Assembly: GCA_030679255.1 (NCBI GenBank)
Contig: JAUXTO010000013.1
Span: forward strand, 256,189-307,295
Direction: 5' to 3'
DNA from: Candidatus Gottesmanbacteria bacterium
GTDB lineage: Bacteria > Patescibacteriota > Microgenomatia > UBA10105 > UBA927
DNA length: 51,107 bases
A program made the position numbers and the translations under genes. Positions 45,310 through 51,107 of this stretch are shown here, in pieces; position 1 is the stretch's first letter, and the number at the start of each line of letters is the position of its first letter. Under the pieces are notes generated by a model. It saw nothing but the letters and a program-made list of their open reading frames with translations. It was not told where the DNA came from and did not search any database.

Positions 45310-45363
45310 AATTCTTCATATAAATACGCAAAATCTGAAGGAGAGAGTTTATAGATACTATCG

Positions 45364-46209
45364 CTACAAAGATTTGATTATCTTGGTTTTTTTGACCGGC
45401 ATGTAATTTTCACTTGACACAACCCGTTTTTTAGATTGCTGTTCAATATCCCTTCTGGTTCTTCCAGCGACGCTTCCGCCGTCCTTTGCATCACGGTCAA
45501 GATTCGGAAATCCTCGTGAATTCCGATCGCGATGGAATTTAGTCGTGGTTGCCTCTCCCAACATCGTTAAGATAAGCTCAATATCCGTCATATGATCCCG
45601 AAGATTTTGCCGCTGTAAACCTTTCAGCTTCTTATAATCTTCAACGGTGAGATTAAACGCACCCTTCATGATGTCATTGGTCAAAATCGCATAATCGATA
45701 CTTTCATCAGCACCACGCTCCATCCATTCGTCGGTCAATTCATTTCGTACGGAAATACCACGCACCCGCTTTTCTACCCACTCCTTGGAATATCCCTTTT
45801 GTTTATATATGGCTTTCATACGCTTCATTGAAAGTTCCGGATCTTCTATTTCGGCAATCCGTTCATACCCGACACGTGCGAGCCAACGCTTCAGTGGTTC
45901 CGCTTTGGGAGATGGGACAGACTGGATAATACGAAAAATACCCTCCGTGTTGGCACAGTCCGTTTCGCGCATTTTTCCATCGGCGGCTGCCAATTTCAAC
46001 TGTCGACAAATTGTCGACGGTTCAAAAGAGTCATCTGTTTTTACCCTGATTTTCATCTTAAACCAGTAATCTCGGGGATCTTTGCTATCGGTCAGGACTG
46101 CAATAATATCCACTACTGAAAACCACCATTCGGCATGAAAAATGGTTTTTCTGATTTTTCTACCTTTAAACAAGGCAATTTTCGTCGTTTCGATGTCGCG
46201 GGTGGTCAT
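45364..46209 (-). CDS. Bro-N domain protein (DinD / phage antirepressor-like)
   Basis: IALFKGRKIRKTIFHAEWWFSVVDIIAVLTDSKDPRDYWFKMK...GIFRIIQSVPSPKAEPLKRWLARVGYERI. A TATAAT box lies 7 nt upstream of the ATG. Confidence 0.78.
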   Translation of the reverse strand: MTTRDIETTKIALFKGRKIRKTIFHAEWWFSVVDIIAVLTDSKDPRDYWFKMKIRVKTDDSFEPSTICRQLKLAAADGKMRETDCANTEGIFRIIQSVPSPKAEPLKRWLARVGYERIAEIEDPELSMKRMKAIYKQKGYSKEWVEKRVRGISVRNELTDEWMERGADESIDYAILTNDIMKGAFNLTVEDYKKLKGLQRQNLRDHMTDIELILTMLGEATTTKFHRDRNSRGFPNLDRDAKDGGSVAGRTRRDIEQQSKKRVVSSENYMPVKKTKIIKSL

Positions 46210-46233
46210 ACGTCAATTATACTCGTTTTCCGA

Positions 46234-46401
46234 AAACTCCTACGCCTGATCCTGTTCAATCGTTGCCAACCGCTCCAGTATCTCTGAAGCTCCACGGAGC
46301 GAAAGTCCCGCCGAAACCCTGTGTGAAAGCCAAGGGTGAAGGGGGATTGAAAGCGTGAGCAGGTCATCTTCCAGAATCAGGATGGTTTTATTGAGGATCA
46401 T
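46234..46401 (-). repeat. Receiver-like 5' stub repeat, copy 4
   Basis: It starts 15 nt after the hsdR stop: AGGTG, then ATGATCCTCAATAAAACCATCCTGATTCTGGAAGATGACCTGCT...TTCGGCGGGACTTTCGCTCCGTGGAGCTTCAGAGATA...GGAGTTTT. It encodes 53 codons (MILNKTILILEDDLLTLSIPLHPW...). Confidence 0.88.
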
Positions 46402-46416
46402 GCAATAACACCTGAC

Positions 46417-48786
46417 TCACCTTGGGAGGGCCAAGTAAAGATTTTTTTGGAAGTCAAAATAGATTGCTCGAATATTCTCCACATCCCCTAACGCTTCTTC
46501 TGCATCAGCAATAGCGTGATATTTTAAATTCAAAAGTATGGGTAATTTTTCCTCATCAAGCTCCTCAAATCCAGCTGCTTCATACTTTTTCAATACAAAA
46601 TTTAGAAATTCTTCTTCTTTATCGGTAAGGTGTTCAAAGATATGACCCTTGTTCGCTTCGGCCCGTTCTTTCCGTGTAATTAGTGGATTATTAAAAGCAA
46701 GATATGCAAGAACGTCATAAAAATCACATTGTTCTGCGTTGACGATCTCGGTAATATTTTCAATCTGCTCTAGATCAATACCTATATCAAATAGGCGTTC
46801 CAATAATCGTTTTCTAGTTGTGGGATTTGACCATATTTTCCTAAGTTCCTCTTCACTCTTAAATAGATCTGGCAGAATTCCATAAAGGCTTTTAATAAAC
46901 TCCTCTGATGACATTGGTTTTCCATCTGCGCCCCAAAATGAAGTGGAAATCATGTGTTGAATCTCTCGATCTTTGCCATCTCGTAATTTTATTTTAATTT
47001 TCTTCTTTGATTTACACTCACAGGGTGATTTACCACAAATTGGACATGGAGGTTTTGGTGGTTTCTCACAAACACAAGGTTTTTGTCCACAAACATTACA
47101 TACTTGTACAGGGGTTTTTTTACAAATACAAGGATTTTGACCGCATTTAGCACAGACTTCTTCTACTGGTTCACCATCCCATTCGGGGTCTAGAAAATGA
47201 TGACAGGCGTCTACAAAATCATAAATAGTAAAATATTCTTTTCCATCAAAAAGCCTCGTACCTCGTCCAATGATCTGCTTAAATTCAATCATTGAGTTTA
47301 TAGGACGCATCAAAACTATATTTCTGATATTGCGTGCGTCTATGCCAGTCGAAAGTTTTTGGGAAGTGGTCAAAACGGTAGGAATTGTCTTTTCATTATC
47401 CTGAAATTCTCGTAGATATTGTTCACCACGCGCACCATCATTCGCGGTCACACGCACACAGTAATTTGGCTCTTTGCTTTTCTTATATTGATTTACTAAA
47501 TCTCGCACCGCCAAAGCATGCGCTTGATTTGCACAAAAAATAATGGTCTTTTCAGCTTGATTCATCTCATCCATCATCACCCGTACGCGTTTTGCCTCAC
47601 GCTCTTTGATTTCAATAATTCGATTAAAATCAGCCTCCTCATATACCTTTCCTTCTTCTACTTCTCCTTCAATAATCTGGTCATCAGATGTGTAAATATA
47701 ATCATCAATTGTTGTTTTTACGCGCTTTACTTTAAATGGTGTCAAAAATCCATCGTTTACGCCTTCTTTGAGTGAATAAACATATACGGGTTTGCCAAAA
47801 TATTTATACGTATTAATATTATCTTTTTGCTTGGGCGTAGCGGTAAGACCAAGTTGAACTGCCGGAAAGAAATATTCTAAAATTCCACGCCAATTACTCT
47901 CATCGTTGGCGCCGCCACGGTGACACTCGTCAATGACGATAAAATCAAAAAAGTCGGGCGGATATTCTCCAAAATACGGAGTGCCATTTGGCCCACTCAT
48001 AAATGTCTGAAAAATCGTAAAGAAAATACTCCCACTCATAGGCACCCCACCCTTTTTACGGATATCAAATGGATTGATGCGCACGAGCGCGTCCTGGGGG
48101 AATAATGAAAACGCATTGAACGCTTGATCGGCTAAAATATTCCGGTCAGCCAAAAATAAAATTCTGGGTCTCCTACTTCCATCGTGCTTTTGATTCCAGC
48201 GGGTTTGAAAAAGTTTCCAAGCAATCTGAAATGCAACGGCAGTTTTTCCGGTTCCCGTTGCCATAGTCAAAAGAATTCTATTTTTTTCTTCTGCTATAGC
48301 GTTTAATACATTATTGATAGCTATCTCTTGATAGTAACGCTTGCCATATTCGCCTTCATTGGGCACACTGCTAAATTTTTCCTTCCACTCATTCTGATCC
48401 GAATAGGTCCTACTCCATAACTCATCTGGTGTCGGAAACTTCTCAATATTTCCCTCTTGCCCAGATTTCATGGAAATTTGATAAATTTCTCGACCGTTGG
48501 TGGCGTAGGTATAGTCTATGTGAAGTTTCTGTGCATATGCTTTGGCTTGTGCCACTCCTTTAGCCGAAGGCAAATTTTCGGCTTTTGCCTCAATCACCGC
48601 GACCTTACGATTTTTATAGACTAAAATATAGTCAGCAATATCTGCCTTGCCACGCATTCCACCGGTTTGAATTTTACCCTCGGTGATGTGATGCTCCCGC
48701 AAGACTCTCGATCCTTCAACTTCACCCCAACCACTGGCTTTCAGTTTAGGGTCAATATATTCCGCTCGTGTTTCTGCTTCATTCAT
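46417..48786 (-). CDS. hsdR: Type I restriction enzyme R subunit (EcoEI-like architecture) with Cys-rich insert
   Basis: N-terminal nuclease region (NEAETRAEYIDPKL...DYILVYK...IEAK), helicase motifs TMATGTGKT, VIDECHR, LGLTATP and QIIGRGTR, and a C-terminal helical domain. Three CxxCG(Q/K)xPCxC units lie at 47014-47157. Confidence 0.92.
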   Translation of the reverse strand: MNEAETRAEYIDPKLKASGWGEVEGSRVLREHHITEGKIQTGGMRGKADIADYILVYKNRKVAVIEAKAENLPSAKGVAQAKAYAQKLHIDYTYATNGREIYQISMKSGQEGNIEKFPTPDELWSRTYSDQNEWKEKFSSVPNEGEYGKRYYQEIAINNVLNAIAEEKNRILLTMATGTGKTAVAFQIAWKLFQTRWNQKHDGSRRPRILFLADRNILADQAFNAFSLFPQDALVRINPFDIRKKGGVPMSGSIFFTIFQTFMSGPNGTPYFGEYPPDFFDFIVIDECHRGGANDESNWRGILEYFFPAVQLGLTATPKQKDNINTYKYFGKPVYVYSLKEGVNDGFLTPFKVKRVKTTIDDYIYTSDDQIIEGEVEEGKVYEEADFNRIIEIKEREAKRVRVMMDEMNQAEKTIIFCANQAHALAVRDLVNQYKKSKEPNYCVRVTANDGARGEQYLREFQDNEKTIPTVLTTSQKLSTGIDARNIRNIVLMRPINSMIEFKQIIGRGTRLFDGKEYFTIYDFVDACHHFLDPEWDGEPVEEVCAKCGQNPCICKKTPVQVCNVCGQKPCVCEKPPKPPCPICGKSPCECKSKKKIKIKLRDGKDREIQHMISTSFWGADGKPMSSEEFIKSLYGILPDLFKSEEELRKIWSNPTTRKRLLERLFDIGIDLEQIENITEIVNAEQCDFYDVLAYLAFNNPLITRKERAEANKGHIFEHLTDKEEEFLNFVLKKYEAAGFEELDEEKLPILLNLKYHAIADAEEALGDVENIRAIYFDFQKNLYLALPR

Positions 48787-48793
48787 AGACTAA

Positions 48794-50020
48794 TTATAGT
48801 TCAGCATGGAATGCTTTGCTCAGCACCGACTTTTTAAACTCATCCAAGTCAGACAATTTTTGTTCGTATATTTGTTCCAATCTTTTTGTCTCAGCAGAAA
48901 ATTCATCAAGTTTTTTTACTATAATCTTTTGTTCCGATACTTTTGGTACCAATATTTTTATTTCCTTCAATATTTTTACTGAAACCACATTTTTTATTGC
49001 TGCTCCTTTTGTATACATCTTTAAATCATCCTGAAAAACACCACTCTCCATCCAATACTTCAAAAACTGATTGTATATAATGTGGTGCGGACTCAGCTTC
49101 AGCAATGCCTGATTTATGATTCCTTTTTTAATACCATCTGGTGCAACTGCAATCTTGCCCATCGTCCCTGAACAACTCATGATTAAATCACCAGATTTTA
49201 ATTCAAATCGTTTCATTTCATTAAATTTTTTTTCATCTACAAAATAACGAACATTTGTGAATTGATTATATATGGCATGCTGTTGCTCGTAGACCACATA
49301 GCCGTCCTTTTTAAAAATATTTTTCTTTAGACTTCCTCCAAATGGCCCCCTCACAAAACCACAGACATCTCCCAGCTTCGTTTCATCCCAATCTTTTCCA
49401 GGATTCGCGAAAATGCTCTGTAAATAAGACTCAAAAAGCTCTTTGGAATTTTGTAAATTTATTTCGGCGTTTCTCTTTATTTCTTCAATATTTATAAAAA
49501 TATCATCTAAAATTTTTACAATGCGCTGTTGTTCAGGAAACTGTGGAAACGGTATCTCTATTTCTTTATACTTATGCAGATCAAGATTTCTAATTCCAGT
49601 AGAGTGACTCTGCATGCGCTCTGTAATGCCGATAAAATAGGAATAGAATAGAAATTTATGTAAAAAATTAAAGTCCAACACGCCCTGATCTTTAACCCTT
49701 ATTACAGAGGTAAAATTACTAAAGGAGAAATTTCCGTCAGTTTTATCAAATATAATGACACGACCAACAGGCTGTTTTGGCCCTCCTCCAGATTTTTCCA
49801 AAACTATGTCTCCATACGCTAGCTTTCGTTTATCAAATTGCTTTCTCTCCACATCTAAATATGCTATATCGGTATCATTCAACTTGCCTTCTTTGGTAAT
49901 ATTTGTGTTTCTGATAACGCCAACATGTATATATGGCGGTTCTTTCCCTTTCCATAATCCATTATAGAAATCACAAATATCGCCAAGTTTTTTTGTTTGC
50001 CAGTTGGTTTTCATAATCAT
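48794..50020 (-). CDS. hsdS: Type I restriction-modification specificity subunit
   Basis: WQTKKLGDICDFYNGL plus a second TRD starting WDETKLGDVCGFVRGPFGG. Conserved helical spacers (FPEQQRIVKILD, VSEQKIIVKKLD) are present. 408 aa. Confidence 0.92.
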   Translation of the reverse strand: MIMKTNWQTKKLGDICDFYNGLWKGKEPPYIHVGVIRNTNITKEGKLNDTDIAYLDVERKQFDKRKLAYGDIVLEKSGGGPKQPVGRVIIFDKTDGNFSFSNFTSVIRVKDQGVLDFNFLHKFLFYSYFIGITERMQSHSTGIRNLDLHKYKEIEIPFPQFPEQQRIVKILDDIFINIEEIKRNAEINLQNSKELFESYLQSIFANPGKDWDETKLGDVCGFVRGPFGGSLKKNIFKKDGYVVYEQQHAIYNQFTNVRYFVDEKKFNEMKRFELKSGDLIMSCSGTMGKIAVAPDGIKKGIINQALLKLSPHHIIYNQFLKYWMESGVFQDDLKMYTKGAAIKNVVSVKILKEIKILVPKVSEQKIIVKKLDEFSAETKRLEQIYEQKLSDLDEFKKSVLSKAFHAEL

Positions 50021-50973
50021 TTAAATAATTTCTCCATCTCTTTAAAAAGAGCATCGAAATTTTTAAAGTCAGATTCTTCATTTCTTTCTTCACAGATAAA
50101 CTTTTGGAATTCTGGCTTACGAAGCGTCCTTTCTCTTGAAATAATGTTCCCATCCTTTTTGGTTTCTGTAATACTAAAATTTTTTTGTTCATCAGTAAAT
50201 AATTCAGAAGAAAATAAATTTTCAATTCCAGCTTGTATTTCTTTTTCCGTGTTTTCTGTATTATTTTTAAATATAAAAGGTATTAAAAAATTAGTTTTTT
50301 TACTATTACACGCATTAAAATCATCTTTTGCATCACAATCAAAAACAAATAATATTTTATATCTTTCAAAATTTGCTTCACTATATCTAGTAAAGAATTT
50401 TTTGATATCAGTTTTACATCCAAGGCTTTCGATGTCCAAATCTAAACTTGGAGCAAAAAATTCTTTTGCCTTTTTTATATAGACGACATTATTTCCTTCG
50501 GTATAAATAATAGGTTTATTAACTTTTTTTAGTTTTTCAGAAAATTCCTTCTTAGTTTTTTCAGTTTCAATAAATAAACTTTCCAAATCTTTATTTAATT
50601 GAAAGACCCCCAGTTCTTCATTTAATTTTTCAGAATCCGATTTAAAATCATACCCTTCAAATTGAAATCTTCCATTACTATCTTTTTTTATTTTCGTAAC
50701 TCGTGAACCTCGAATTTTCTTATCTAACCATACCCTATATGTTGTGATATTTTCTCCTTCTAATGAAAGAAAATTAAATGAGTGGGTAGTTATAAATATT
50801 TGTGCATTGTTGATAAATATATTTTTGAATCTGTTCGCAAGTAACTGAGCATTTTTGTATTCATAGGAATTTTCCGGTTCTTCAAAGCCCCAAATAAAGT
50901 ACTTTTTTGCTTTCTGTCCGAGTTTAATTTTTTTTGATGTAAATGCTTGTTCTTTTATAGAAATAAAATATAA
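50017..50973 (-). pseudogene. ABC/AAA_21-type ATPase fused to a DUF4435 (OLD-Toprim-like) domain, 5'-truncated by an IS insertion
   Basis: The reading frame is open from the TGA at 50974-50976 with no start codon. KYFIWGFEEPENSYEY (Walker B-like) and IFITTHS (H-loop) are present but there is no Walker A part. The C-terminal IIYTEGNNVVY...ILFVFDCDAKDD...GIENLF resembles DUF4435. The ORF-track start at 50586 is an internal TTG. Confidence 0.7.
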
Positions 50974-51107
50974 TCAACCCACGACCTTACGGTCGGGGTT
51001 TTATGATTATGCAACTCCGAAACGGAGTTGCCCTGCATCTTTTTTTCCTTGTTCTTCGATATATCTCATGATGACCTGATCATTGATGCCTACGGTCGAC
51101 ACGAAGT
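50974..51107 (-). mobile_element. IS200/IS605-family insertion sequence, right end (partial, continues beyond window)
   Basis: The tnpA C-terminus is followed by two subterminal hairpins on the minus strand: GCAACTCCG-TTT-CGGAGTTGC (51011-51031) and CCCGACC-GTAAG-GTCGTGGG (about 50977-50997). The ATPase frame is interrupted here. Confidence 0.78.
51007..51107 (-). CDS. tnpA: IS200/IS605 Y1 (HUH) transposase TnpA, C-terminal 32 codons
   Basis: Manual translation gives FVSTVGINDQVIMRYIEEQGKKDAGQLRFGVA then a stop. FVSTVG...YI..Q is the characteristic IS200 TnpA C-terminus. The ORF is open to the window edge. Confidence 0.8.
   Translation of the reverse strand, partial: FVSTVGINDQVIMRYIEEQGKKDAGQLRFGVA

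Noticed and set aside
45225-46346. CRISPR-like repeat ends (GGATTGAAAGCG at about 45225-45236 and about 46335-46346; CCGCCGAAAC nearby)
   Set aside because: There is only one occurrence per locus, about 1.1 kb apart. The motifs sit inside the longer receiver-stub repeat, with no regular repeat-spacer periodicity and no cas genes. The resemblance to the ATTGAAA(C/G) repeat termini is judged coincidental.

Overview
The window carries bacterial core information-processing operons, interrupted and flanked by accessory DNA. All calls come from reading the sequence and the ORF track and from motif recognition; no searches were run.

Genetic code is standard (code 11). No in-frame stops appear in long conserved genes. 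secY is missing from the ORF track only because it runs off the window edge.

The minus strand carries rpoB-rpoC-rpsL-rpsG (41.6 to 33.5 kb). It also carries fusA-tuf-rpsJ-rplC-rplD-rplW-rplB-rpsS-rplV-rpsC-rplP-rpmC-rpsQ-rplN-rplX-rplE-rpsN-rpsH-rplF-rplR-rpsE-rplO-secY (14.1 kb to 1). There is no L30 gene between rpsE and rplO. That absence and the compact layout fit a Candidate Phyla Radiation / Patescibacteria-like organism; this placement is inference.

Five things stand out:
1. The normally contiguous rpsG|fusA junction is split by about 19.5 kb (14.06-33.54 kb). This segment encodes a CsoR-controlled copper module (csoR, copA, copZ, cupredoxin proteins, a TauE-like permease) and a dense set of extracytoplasmic thiol-redox genes (two CcdA-type proteins, one of them DipZ-like, plus VKOR, a DsbA-like protein, thioredoxin and a rhodanese fusion). 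It also encodes small metal-associated proteins (GDCCVxC, DUF302, DUF2933-like, DUF5676-like) and an AT-rich RhuM/KilA-N cassette block.
2. Upstream of rpoB (41.7-51.1 kb) lies a variable or defence-type region. It holds dus, an aquaporin, hicBA, tspO, a Bro-N/DinD-like gene, type I R-M hsdR and hsdS, and an ABC-ATPase/DUF4435 gene truncated by an IS200/IS605 element.
3. There are two cassette arrays in which unrelated genes are separated by direct repeats of the 5' end of one gene. One repeat is a receiver-like stub encoding MILNKTILILEDDLL (four copies). The other is the 5' end of the GDCCVxC gene (three copies).
4. Almost every spacer of the ribosomal cluster is filled by hairpin-forming tandem word repeats of 7-10 nt. 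These fall into families that recur elsewhere in the window.
5. The same words occur in frame inside copA, rplD and rplV.
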